From: an uncultured bacterium
GTDB taxonomy: Bacteria; Latescibacterota; Latescibacteria; Latescibacterales; Latescibacteraceae
Direction: 5' to 3'
Length of the DNA: 39,081 bases
Assembly: GCA_964400815.1 (NCBI GenBank)
Contig: CAYNWJ010000001.1
Span: 7,757-46,837 of the forward strand
Both the position numbers and the translations under genes were made by a program. Positions 9,285 to 18,349 of this stretch are shown here, one piece after another; position 1 is the first letter of the stretch, and the number at the start of each line of letters is the position of its first letter. Below the pieces are notes generated by a model. The model ran no database searches, had not been told where the DNA came from, and was given only the letters and a program-made list of their open reading frames with translations.

Positions 9285-10397
9285 ATGTATCCGACACTGC
9301 TTACTGAGATCAACAGTAAGACTCTGACGGCGTACCTCACGGAACGAGTGTACGACAAGCTGTACTTCCCCCTGTTCTTCCCCTTCGAGTTCATCCCGAG
9401 CCTCACCTGGGAGAGCCTGATCGGAAGCAAGGGTCACCGGATCGCCGCCGATGTGGTCGCCTACGACACGTCTGCCCCGCTGAAGACCCGCCAAGTCGTC
9501 AGCAAGCTGTCCGGTGAGATTCCGGCCATCCGCACGAAGCGCAAGATGGACGAGAAGGACATCCTCACCTACGACATCCTGAAGAACATGGCGAACTCGG
9601 ACCAGCAGAAGATTCTCGATCTGGTCTACGGCGATGTGGATTTCGTGGTGGATGCCGTGACCGCCCGTATCGAGTGGCTGGCCCTTCAGGCCCTGAGCAA
9701 GTCCACGCTCACCCTGACGAAGACCAACAACGCCGGAATAGTCACAGAGTCGTCTGTCGATTTCCAGATGCCGTCCGCAAACAAGAAGGTGGAGTCCGCG
9801 GCGAACCAGTACTGGACGACAGGTGCCTATTCGACCAACGATCCCATCGGCGACATCGAGGACATGGTCGGCTATATGGCAGCCATCGGCTCCAAGCCCC
9901 GGTACATTCTCATGAACCTCACGAAGTGGCAGGCGTTCCGCACCTCCACCGCCGTTCAGAACTTCGTCATCCCGTTCGCACTGTACGGCGGAACGAAGGT
10001 GAAGCGGGCGCCCTCCCTTGCCGTGGCGAACATGGCGCTCCGCGAGGAGGGGCTGCCGGAAATCGTCATCATCGACACCCGGATCACGCTCGAAACGGAA
10101 GCCCATGTGCAGACCGCCTACGACCCGTGGTGCGATTCGTCATCGGCGGACCGATACGTCACCTTCATCCCCGACATGGTTTGCGGTCACACGTACTATG
10201 GCCCGATCGCGGAGGAGATCAGACCGCCCAAGCAGGTGACACAGGCGAAGAAGGGGCCCATCCTCGTCAGCAAGTTCTCGACGGAGGACCCGGTCGCCGA
10301 GTTCACCAAGGGCGAGATCAATGCCTTCCCCGTGTGGGAGAACGTCGAGCAGTGCATGATCCTCGACACCGAGTCCCACACCACGTTCGGAGCCTAA
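9285..10397 (+). CDS. Major capsid protein (lambda gpE-like family)
   Basis: 370 aa; 'AADVVAYDTSAPLKTR', 'GEIPAI', 'ARIEWLALQALS', 'DPVAEFTKGEINAFPV'; AGGAGGT RBS. Confidence 0.88.
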   Translation: MYPTLLTEINSKTLTAYLTERVYDKLYFPLFFPFEFIPSLTWESLIGSKGHRIAADVVAYDTSAPLKTRQVVSKLSGEIPAIRTKRKMDEKDILTYDILKNMANSDQQKILDLVYGDVDFVVDAVTARIEWLALQALSKSTLTLTKTNNAGIVTESSVDFQMPSANKKVESAANQYWTTGAYSTNDPIGDIEDMVGYMAAIGSKPRYILMNLTKWQAFRTSTAVQNFVIPFALYGGTKVKRAPSLAVANMALREEGLPEIVIIDTRITLETEAHVQTAYDPWCDSSSADRYVTFIPDMVCGHTYYGPIAEEIRPPKQVTQAKKGPILVSKFSTEDPVAEFTKGEINAFPVWENVEQCMILDTESHTTFGA

Positions 10398-10400
10398 ACC

Positions 10401-10748
10401 ATGACGAACCTCGAGGCATTGCAGTCCCTGACGGAGTTCTCCGATACCAACCTGTTCACGAAAGTCATGACGGACAGGGGGGTGACGCCGGGGGACACTT
10501 ACGCGGCCGGCAATGCTCAGGTGATAGATCTCTGCCTTGCGGATGTCTATCTACGTCTGGCGGCAAGCCCGGACATATCCGAATACGGGCTGTCAGTGAA
10601 ATGGACTCGAGAGTCCCTGATGGCGGCCCGGAAAACACTCTACGACAAGTGGGGGCTGGCGCTGCCGGAATCCACGAGCCGAAGAAGCACTCCCGGGGTG
10701 ACGGGGAGACCCGTCACCGTCGGGGGAAAAACCTATCCCGCGTGGTGA
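10401..10748 (+). CDS. Head-tail adaptor (putative)
   Basis: 115 aa immediately after MCP; 'DLCLADVYL...SPDISE.GLSV.W...YDKWG'. Confidence 0.65.
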   Translation: MTNLEALQSLTEFSDTNLFTKVMTDRGVTPGDTYAAGNAQVIDLCLADVYLRLAASPDISEYGLSVKWTRESLMAARKTLYDKWGLALPESTSRRSTPGVTGRPVTVGGKTYPAW

Positions 10749-10751
10749 GCC

Positions 10752-11066
10752 ATGACGTTCGAGAGATACCCTCATTCGGCGACAGTCTCGTATGTCGCCC
10801 CCGGCACAAAGAGCGCAACAGGCGTCGTTACGCCCGGGACGCTGGCGACGGTCAGCATCTCGAAATGCCGGGTTGAGGTGAACAACTCACGTTTCGTTAT
10901 CGGCGAAAACGGGGAGCGAATCGAATACGCCCTGAGCGTCATCTGCCCGCTCTTGAGTGGAGTCGATTCAATCCCGAACGGAGCGAAGCTCTCCTGTGCA
11001 GGAAAAACCTATACCGTAGTCGAGATACCGCCGTTGCAGACCCACACCCTGATCCGGTGCAAGTGA
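10752..11066 (+). CDS. Head closure/stopper protein (putative)
   Basis: 104-aa beta-rich protein in the neck gene cluster. Confidence 0.6.
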   Translation: MTFERYPHSATVSYVAPGTKSATGVVTPGTLATVSISKCRVEVNNSRFVIGENGERIEYALSVICPLLSGVDSIPNGAKLSCAGKTYTVVEIPPLQTHTLIRCK

Positions 11067-11067
11067 C

Positions 11068-11514
11068 ATGAGCCCGATGAAACCCAAATTCTCGCAGAAG
11101 GCGGTCGCTGACCGCATCGACCAGTTCGTCGAGGACAAGCAGAAGCAGGCGTTCGAGACGCTGGCGTACATCGGCGAGACGATTGTCAACCGGGCTCGTG
11201 ATATGGCTCCGTTCGAGGACCAGACCGGCAATCTCAGAAGCTCGATCGGCTATGTCGTCATCGTGAACGGCGATCTGAAAAAGCTCGAAGTCACGAAGGC
11301 GAAGAAGGACGAGCGCGGCGCCGGTGTGAAACGCGGCAAGGACCTGGCGAAGGAGTTCGGGGAGAGATTCTCCAAGGGCATTGTCCTCGTCGTCTTTGCC
11401 GGAATGGAGTATGCGGCGGCAGTCGAGAGCAGGGGATATGACGTGATAACCGGAAGCGTTGAGACCCAATCGGCTCTGTATGCAATGCTGAAAGAGGAGC
11501 TTGGCCTCTCGTGA
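11068..11514 (+). CDS. Neck/tail completion protein (HK97 gp10-like)
   Basis: DQTGNLRSSIGY and AGMEYAAAVE motifs. Confidence 0.8.
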   Translation: MSPMKPKFSQKAVADRIDQFVEDKQKQAFETLAYIGETIVNRARDMAPFEDQTGNLRSSIGYVVIVNGDLKKLEVTKAKKDERGAGVKRGKDLAKEFGERFSKGIVLVVFAGMEYAAAVESRGYDVITGSVETQSALYAMLKEELGLS

Positions 11515-11909
11515 AAACCACCTACGACGTGCTCGATCACTTCTACACGGCGCTGAACGTCACCTCGGTGACATCACTCATCGACGGCGCCGTCTGGCGG
11601 CGGAAGAAGCCCCTCGGCCGGGAGCTGAAAGACATCGTCATCGTCACGCTCCCGATCAAGGGTGACGAGCACGACGTTCAGGAGGGCACGGTTGTCGTCA
11701 ACATCTTCTGCCCGAACCTCGACGGCGGGACACCGAACGAAACGGTGCTGAATTCCATCACGGATGCCGTGATCGCGGCGATCGAAGCGTACACGGCGGC
11801 GACGGAGTATTTCGGCACTGTGATTGTCAGCGAGAATACAATGCAGGACCAGGATGTCGAGGAGATGTCGTACTCGAGCATCAGGGTCAATTTCTATATC
11901 GAGAGTTAA
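11511..11909 (+). CDS. Tail terminator protein (putative)
   Basis: 132 aa, acidic, directly before tail tube; GTGA overlap with previous gene. Confidence 0.6.
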   Translation: MKTTYDVLDHFYTALNVTSVTSLIDGAVWRRKKPLGRELKDIVIVTLPIKGDEHDVQEGTVVVNIFCPNLDGGTPNETVLNSITDAVIAAIEAYTAATEYFGTVIVSENTMQDQDVEEMSYSSIRVNFYIES

Positions 11910-11920
11910 GGAGGTCAGCA

Positions 11921-12424
11921 ATGGGAACCAAGCGGGCTGTCGGGCTCGAAAGCATCCTGATCGGTGCGGTCAACACGACCACCTATGCGATTCCGACCAC
12001 GCTCACGACCATCGCGAATATCGTTCCCGATACCGCCAAGCTGGCATTCGAGAATCCTGAAGCACTCCAGTTCTACGTGGAGGATTCGGACGATGTGGAT
12101 GTCGAGATCACCGGCAGCTCGAAGAAGGGACTCGAGTTCGCCACCTATGACATGAGCCAGGAGAATTTCGTTCTTGCCTTCTCCGGCACCACGTCGGGCA
12201 CGCTGTTCAGGGCGCCGGTCACGGCGACCGTCACTGTTCAGCGGGCCGTCCGCATCACCACGAAGGAGTACAACGGCTACCAGCTCCAGTTTGACATTCC
12301 GAACTGTTCGATCAGGGCGGGTGGTGAGCTGAAGTTCTCGAAGGCCGGCCCCGGCAGTATCACATTCAACGGAACCGTTCTGAAGTGCGGCGCCACGGCA
12401 CCGCTCGTCATGAGATACATCTAA
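11921..12424 (+). CDS. Major tail (tube) protein
   Basis: 167-aa beta-rich protein before the chaperone/tape measure genes; strong AAGGAGGT RBS; Thr-rich. Confidence 0.7.
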   Translation: MGTKRAVGLESILIGAVNTTTYAIPTTLTTIANIVPDTAKLAFENPEALQFYVEDSDDVDVEITGSSKKGLEFATYDMSQENFVLAFSGTTSGTLFRAPVTATVTVQRAVRITTKEYNGYQLQFDIPNCSIRAGGELKFSKAGPGSITFNGTVLKCGATAPLVMRYI

Positions 12425-12431
12425 CGGCGAA

Positions 12432-12455
12432 GGGCGGAGAGAAGATGCTCCGCCC
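12432..12455 (+). terminator. GC-rich stem-loop after tail tube gene
   Basis: GGGCGGAG / CTCCGCCC stem; pyrimidine tail but weak U-run. Confidence 0.4.
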
Positions 12456-12480
12456 CTCTCCTTACCCGGAAGGTTGTGAC

Positions 12481-13056
12481 ATGGAGAACAACTCGAAAGC
12501 AACCGCGGCCACGCAGCAGAGGGCGTACGACGCCATCCTCGAGAAGGGCGTCGATTTCGACGTTGAGTTGGCCCGCCCGAACTGGCTTCACCGGATCGGG
12601 CTGCTTCCGAAAGTCCGAAAGTTCGTCATCAAGCCCCTGTATCTCGGAACCCTGTTCAGGGTCACGAAACTCATCCTCGAGATCGACACCGACGTGCTGA
12701 AGGAGGCCGATGGAAACCTCCACGCCATCGGAGTCGAGAGCATCGCCCGTCACAAGGACGGGCTGGTGAGGATCGTCGCCCTTGCCGTCACGAACGGCGA
12801 CCGGGAGCCCCCGAAGCGGCTGGTGCGGTTCCTCGACCGGAACCTGACGCCGAAGGACCTGCTCAGACTCGTCATGCTGGTGGTTCAGCAGATGGAGGTG
12901 CGGGATTTTTTGGCATGTATGGTCTCGATCAGGCAGATAAGCCTGAGCGGGGCCGGGAAGAAGGAGACCGGCCAGACGCCTCGAACCTCTGGCAGTCCAT
13001 CGGATGCCTCGTCAAGTATTACCGATTCGGTTGGCGAGACATACTGTGGGGCATAA
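12481..13056 (+). CDS. Tail assembly chaperone (gpG-like)
   Basis: Between tail tube and tape measure; contains slippery run GGGATTTTTTG. Confidence 0.75.
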   Translation: MENNSKATAATQQRAYDAILEKGVDFDVELARPNWLHRIGLLPKVRKFVIKPLYLGTLFRVTKLILEIDTDVLKEADGNLHAIGVESIARHKDGLVRIVALAVTNGDREPPKRLVRFLDRNLTPKDLLRLVMLVVQQMEVRDFLACMVSIRQISLSGAGKKETGQTPRTSGSPSDASSSITDSVGETYCGA

Positions 13057-13169
13057 GCTGGCCGAACCTCGTCATGCTGACGTGCTCGATCCCGAAGACG
13101 GACGACAAGAAGAACGACGCCGAAGAAATCACTGATTTACGAGAATTGGAGAGCCTGCTCGCGCTATGA
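12906..13169 (+). CDS. Tail assembly chaperone -1 frameshift extension (gpT-like)
   Basis: -1 frame relative to gpG opens after T TTT TTG (12906-12912); encodes LWQSIG...ILWGISWPNLVML..SIP; no clear RBS of its own. Confidence 0.65.
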   Translation, partial: FFGMYGLDQADKPERGREEGDRPDASNLWQSIGCLVKYYRFGWRDILWGISWPNLVMLTCSIPKTDDKKNDAEEITDLRELESLLAL

Positions 13170-14389
13170 AAACGGAAAAAAGACCACTGCTGAGCATCTG
13201 CATGATCGTCAAGAACGAGGAAGCCAACCTGCTTCGCTGTCTCGATTCCCTCCTGCCGCTGATAAACTGGCGTGACGACGAAACCCTCGAGCGCATGACC
13301 GAGTTGGTCGTCGTCGATACCGGCTCCACCGACAGGACGGTGAACGTGGCGAAGCGGTACACGGAGCGAGTCTACAAGAAGACGTTCGTCCCGTGGGACT
13401 TCTCGGCCGCCCGGAACTTCAGCACATCGAAGGCCCGGGGGGAGAAGATCATGATCGTCGATGCCGACGAGGAGCTCGCACAGCAGAGTATCTATCTCCT
13501 CGAAAACTACCTGATGAATCCCGACTGGAAAGAATACAAGACGCTGTTCCTGAAGATCAGGAACTACTACAAGGCCGACCTGAAGCAGTTCACCGAGATG
13601 CTTCAGCCGAGAGTGTTCGAGAACGACGGCAAGCCCATATACGAAGGCTCGATCCACAACAAGCCCCGCGCGATGGCGGCGTACCTGTTCGCCCCGGACG
13701 TCATCCTGAATCACTACGGATATCAGTTCGAGGGCAAGCCGGAGCTGTACAAGAAGAAGAACAGGGACCGGACGCTGCCGATGCTCGTCGAGAAGTATGA
13801 AGCCGATTCCGAAGACATTCACACACTGACCCATCTGGCGAAGACCCACTACGTCATGGAGAATCACGAGGGCGTTGTGGAGATCGGCGAGAAGTGGATG
13901 AAACGGATGGCGGAGACCAAGGTGGACGAAGGCTGGTTCGCCTTCTTCGAGGTGTTCGTGAACCTCGTCGCCTCGTATCTGGTGCTGGACCGTCCCGATG
14001 ATGCCGAGCGGGTCATGAAGGAAGCCGAGAAGTACACCGGCAGGCTCCTGAACATGTACTACTACCTCGGATTGTACTGGCAGTCGAAGGATGAGGCGAA
14101 GGCCGCCGAGTTCTACGAGAAGTGCGTCACCATCGCCAGTGAGGAAGGGAGCCTCTACGAGCTGCTCGTCTCGAACAACACCCTCATCATTCTGCCCCAG
14201 GTGCTGAACTGGCTGGCCGCCTATTACTACGGCCGGGGCGAATACATCAAGGCCGGGAACTGCGTCAACGAGGGCATCAGGATAAACGAGAACCGCGTCC
14301 CGCTCGCGTGGGACATCTGGAACCACCCCGACGTGCAGGGGAAGGCTCCCGGGGAATCCTGCCATGCCGATGAACGTACAGGGGAGTGA
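13166..14389 (+). CDS. GT2 glycosyltransferase with C-terminal TPR-like repeats (protein glycosyltransferase type)
   Basis: LSICMIVKNEE, VVDTGSTDRT, WDFSAARN, IVDADEEL (DxD), YEGSIHN, HYGY, then helical TPR-like region (YYYLGLY..AAEFYEKC). Confidence 0.9.
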   Translation: MKTEKRPLLSICMIVKNEEANLLRCLDSLLPLINWRDDETLERMTELVVVDTGSTDRTVNVAKRYTERVYKKTFVPWDFSAARNFSTSKARGEKIMIVDADEELAQQSIYLLENYLMNPDWKEYKTLFLKIRNYYKADLKQFTEMLQPRVFENDGKPIYEGSIHNKPRAMAAYLFAPDVILNHYGYQFEGKPELYKKKNRDRTLPMLVEKYEADSEDIHTLTHLAKTHYVMENHEGVVEIGEKWMKRMAETKVDEGWFAFFEVFVNLVASYLVLDRPDDAERVMKEAEKYTGRLLNMYYYLGLYWQSKDEAKAAEFYEKCVTIASEEGSLYELLVSNNTLIILPQVLNWLAAYYYGRGEYIKAGNCVNEGIRINENRVPLAWDIWNHPDVQGKAPGESCHADERTGE

Positions 14390-17300
14390 CAGTCTCTATT
14401 GGTCCACGGGGTTCGACAACTCCGGCCTGAAGAGCGGATCGACCGACGCCAAGGGCATCATCCGCAATCTCGCCGCCTCCATCTCCAAGGAGGACGTGTT
14501 CGCGGCGATCGGCGTTTCCGCCGTTGCCGCTTTCGGCGTTGCATCCCGTGCCGCCTACGGCTTCGCCAAGGACCTTCAGACTTCGATGGGCGAAGTGCAG
14601 ACCATCTCCGCCGATGTCCAGCGCAACCTCGAAGGCTACACCAACGCCATCGTCGATATGTCCCGGCGTCTTCCCGACACCGCCCAAGGGCTGAGCCGCG
14701 CCTATTATCAGGTGGTTTCGGCCGGATATGACGGGGCCGAAGGGCTGCGCGTCCTCGAATCCGCCTCGAAGGGCGCCATCGCCGGTGTCACCGACACCCT
14801 CACCGCGGTTGACGGCCTGACGACCGTCCTCAACTCCTTCAAATATGAAGTGTCCGAATCCGACAAGGTCATGGACATCCTGTTCAAGACCGTCGAAAAG
14901 GGCAAGACCACGTTCCCCGAGCTTGCCTCGAAGATCGCCATTGTCGCCCCGCTCGCGGCCGCAACGGGCGTCTCCCTCGAGGAGATCATGGGCGGGCTGG
15001 CGACCCTCACGAAACAGGGTACTCCGACCGCAGAGGCCATGACGCAGATACGGGCATCTCTCGTCAGCCTGAACGAGGTGCTCGGCGACGGCTGGTCGAA
15101 AACCATGACCTTCCAGGAGGCGATGCAGGCCGTCTACGACAAGGCCGGCGGGAGCCAGAATGAGCTCCGGGACCTGCTTGGGCGTGTCGAGGCCCTGAAC
15201 GCCGTGCTCGCGCTCTCCGGTCAGAACTTCGAAGGGGCCGCCGCCGATCTCGACGCGATCCGCGACAGCGCCGGAGCCGCCGGAGCCGCATACGAGACGA
15301 TGGCGTCCAAGGCCGAGAACCAGTTCAAGCTGCTCCACAACACGACGCTGGCGAAACTCAAGCCTCTCGGAGACGCCCTGCTTGGAATGGCGACCGATGT
15401 TTCCGGTGGCCTGCTCACGCTGCTCAACGATACCGACTCGTTCCTCGAGCGGATGATCCGCAGCCACGAAGAATTCATCGCGGTGCTCGGCAAGGAGAAG
15501 CATCACCTGCAAAGCCTCGTCGATCAGCTCGATGAACTGAAGAAGGGCACGGAGGAGTACACCCAGGTGGAGGCCCAGCTCATCGCCTATCTCGGCGACG
15601 ATATGACGATGGCGCTCTCGGATGCAACGGAGAAAATGGACGCCTACGCCGTCGCCAAGCAGCGCATCATCGACCTCGACAAAGAGATACTGCTTTCCCG
15701 GAGAGAATTGGTGCTTGCCGAGATCGAAATGAATCGTATCGAGCAGGAAAAACTCCGTCTCGGAGAAGCGAAGATAGAAAAAGAAATCGACTACCTGAGA
15801 CAGCGCAGAGAAAACAGAATCAAAGATGCCAGGCAGACAGCAAAAGAGCTGGCTCAATCTGATAAGACATATGCAGATCAGACCCTTGATGGTGGTTTGA
15901 CGGCAAGACAGCAGGAAATTCGCATAAAGCTCGCGAGACCTGGCGGGATTGAACGACTTGAGCGGGAATACTTCAACAAGCAAATGGAACGAATTAATCA
16001 GCTTGCCTCCGTGAGACAGGAGGAGTTGAGGCTCAAGGAGTTAGAGCAAGAAAAGATTGTTCGGTGGCAAACCTTGATACTCAACGGAAAGCAACTCCAG
16101 GAAAGCCTGAATGGGTATACGAATGCCCTTGAACATTATGGAGATGCTGTCAAGGAGACCGCCGACACTGAAAAACCCTCCGGGATGAAGCGTTTCGGTC
16201 TCGTCACCGGCGGCGATTACCGGCCTGAAGGCGATGCCGCGTTCGAGATGGAAAAGCAGCTCATCCAGCAGAAGATCGACCTGTACGAATATTCTATCGA
16301 CCGGCGGAGAGATCTCGAGCGCGGCCTGTTCATGGTTGTCAGGGACCTTCAGGACGACGAACTCCGCAACTTCATTGCGAACGCCAAAGAGCAGCTCAAG
16401 TACATCAAGGAGAACTCCGAGCTCCGCACCCTGTGGCTGAAGAAGATTCAGGATGCCGAAGATGAAATGGCACGCCGCCAGCGGGAGAACCTTCAGGACA
16501 TGTCAGATGCCATCCGGGAGATGGGCGATTTCATGGCCCTGTTCGACGAGGACCTTTCCCGGACCGCCTACGCGGTCAGCGGCCTCGTGAGGAGCCTTGG
16601 AGACCTGACGGCGGCTACGAACCCGTTCGAGCAGATCGGTGCCGGTGTGAGCGCCGTCGGTTCTGTCATCGGCATCATGGATTCGATCTTCGGCGGCGGC
16701 AGAAGCAACGCCGGCCAGAAGTACATCGACCAGATGGAGACGCTGAACGCACAAACCCAGAAGCAGCTCGACCTGCTCAGGCGGATGAACGGCCAGGAGG
16801 CCCTCGGCGGCCTCATCGACCTGTACGCCCGGCTCAATGACGAGATAGTCGGGAACATCGAGTCCCTGAAAAATCTTATGGTTGTGACCCGGCAGGGAAA
16901 AAACAACCGCTACACGACTCTCGGAGAATGGGCGAGCACGAACGGGCGGAGCATGCTCGATCTCACGGCGGAAGAAATCAAGAGCCTGTTCAATTCGCAG
17001 AGCACCCGGGATGCTTATGAAGCCCTCGTCGATGACATAAACAAGGCGAAGGAGGCGCTGCTCGACTACCAGGACGAATACAAGGAGATCGTCACCGGAA
17101 CAACCGCCGAGTCCATCGCCGATTCGATAGCCGAAGGCTTCTCCCAGGGCCTCGACGATGCTGAGATATTCGCCGACACGTTCGAGAAGCTGATGCGGAA
17201 CGCCATGACGGAAGCGTTCAAGCGCCAGCTCATCACCGAGCACCTGAACTACTTCTACGACGAATTCTATTCGTCGCTCGCATCCGGTGGAGAGTTGACC

Positions 17301-17900
17301 GCCGAAGAAATCGCACAGCTCGCCGCATCCCTCCAGCGCGACATCACCCTTGCCACGAGTACCTGGGAGGACATGAAGAAGATCATGCAGGAAGCCGGAC
17401 TCGATCTCGTCGATGCCGTGGATGAGGAGGCCAAGAACAAGTCCGGGCTGTCTGGCGCCATTCAGGGTATCACGGCGCAGCAGGCGGATATGCTCGAGGG
17501 CCAGTTCAACGCCGTCCGCATCGACATCAAGTCCGTGCTCGAACTCATGCGCTCCGAGAGCCTCGTGCTCACGACATCCGGGGAGCGTCTCCGGGTCATT
17601 CAGGACCGCATGAAAAGCATCGACAACAGCGCATACTACCTCGACGACATCTTCGCCCGCAGCGACATGTCATTGAACGCGCTCCGGGACATCCGGGACG
17701 CCAGCTACAACATCTCGGGGGTGATGTTCGACCGGCTCGATGATTTGGTCGAAACGAACAGGCGGATCGCGAACAACACCGAGCTGCTCAAGACGGTAGT
17801 CAAACTGCTCGGGACGGCCCCGGCACAGAAACAGGCCTACTACAACCCGGCAATCACGCCCGACGATGAGATCACCATGAACCGGGCGATGGGGGTGTGA
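14364..17900 (+). CDS. Tape measure protein (TP901-type core)
   Basis: 1178 aa, Ala-rich helical; 'YYQVVSAG', 'DILFKTVEKGKTTFPELA', 'GVSLEE' TP901 core motifs. Confidence 0.93.
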   Translation: MPMNVQGSDSLYWSTGFDNSGLKSGSTDAKGIIRNLAASISKEDVFAAIGVSAVAAFGVASRAAYGFAKDLQTSMGEVQTISADVQRNLEGYTNAIVDMSRRLPDTAQGLSRAYYQVVSAGYDGAEGLRVLESASKGAIAGVTDTLTAVDGLTTVLNSFKYEVSESDKVMDILFKTVEKGKTTFPELASKIAIVAPLAAATGVSLEEIMGGLATLTKQGTPTAEAMTQIRASLVSLNEVLGDGWSKTMTFQEAMQAVYDKAGGSQNELRDLLGRVEALNAVLALSGQNFEGAAADLDAIRDSAGAAGAAYETMASKAENQFKLLHNTTLAKLKPLGDALLGMATDVSGGLLTLLNDTDSFLERMIRSHEEFIAVLGKEKHHLQSLVDQLDELKKGTEEYTQVEAQLIAYLGDDMTMALSDATEKMDAYAVAKQRIIDLDKEILLSRRELVLAEIEMNRIEQEKLRLGEAKIEKEIDYLRQRRENRIKDARQTAKELAQSDKTYADQTLDGGLTARQQEIRIKLARPGGIERLEREYFNKQMERINQLASVRQEELRLKELEQEKIVRWQTLILNGKQLQESLNGYTNALEHYGDAVKETADTEKPSGMKRFGLVTGGDYRPEGDAAFEMEKQLIQQKIDLYEYSIDRRRDLERGLFMVVRDLQDDELRNFIANAKEQLKYIKENSELRTLWLKKIQDAEDEMARRQRENLQDMSDAIREMGDFMALFDEDLSRTAYAVSGLVRSLGDLTAATNPFEQIGAGVSAVGSVIGIMDSIFGGGRSNAGQKYIDQMETLNAQTQKQLDLLRRMNGQEALGGLIDLYARLNDEIVGNIESLKNLMVVTRQGKNNRYTTLGEWASTNGRSMLDLTAEEIKSLFNSQSTRDAYEALVDDINKAKEALLDYQDEYKEIVTGTTAESIADSIAEGFSQGLDDAEIFADTFEKLMRNAMTEAFKRQLITEHLNYFYDEFYSSLASGGELTAEEIAQLAASLQRDITLATSTWEDMKKIMQEAGLDLVDAVDEEAKNKSGLSGAIQGITAQQADMLEGQFNAVRIDIKSVLELMRSESLVLTTSGERLRVIQDRMKSIDNSAYYLDDIFARSDMSLNALRDIRDASYNISGVMFDRLDDLVETNRRIANNTELLKTVVKLLGTAPAQKQAYYNPAITPDDEITMNRAMGV

Positions 17901-17901
17901 C

Positions 17902-18333
17902 ATGGGAGCCTATCTGATCGACGGCAACAATCTGAAGACGACCTATGGCGTCCGCGTCCTGAAAGTAGCCGGGCCCCTCGACTTTCTCGCCCGCAAGGGT
18001 GAGACATCCCATGACTGGCCCGATTCCGACGGCGAGGAGGCGTTCACCGATTCAACGGACATCTATTTCAAGTCCCGCGAGATCAGGCTCACCTGTCTGC
18101 TTGTCGCCAGCTCGAACAGTGATTTCGAAACGAAGCTGAAGGCCCTGAAGTACCTGTTGGAGGCCGCCGGAACACACACGCTGACCCTGCCGTACTGGAC
18201 CGAAACCTTCACCCTCATGTTCAAGGGCGGCGATCAGGTGGAAGTCGTCACAAAATGGGGCGGCGACGCCGTCGTCGGCAAGTTCACCCTGACATTCACG
18301 GAAGTCACCCCGTCGCGGGCGACGAGCCCATAA
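17902..18333 (+). CDS. Distal tail protein (Dit-like)
   Basis: 143 aa directly after TMP; 'HDWPDSDGEE', 'SREIRLTC', 'GKFTLTFTEVTP'. Confidence 0.65.
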   Translation: MGAYLIDGNNLKTTYGVRVLKVAGPLDFLARKGETSHDWPDSDGEEAFTDSTDIYFKSREIRLTCLLVASSNSDFETKLKALKYLLEAAGTHTLTLPYWTETFTLMFKGGDQVEVVTKWGGDAVVGKFTLTFTEVTPSRATSP

Positions 18334-18349
18334 AAGGAGAAGATGAACC

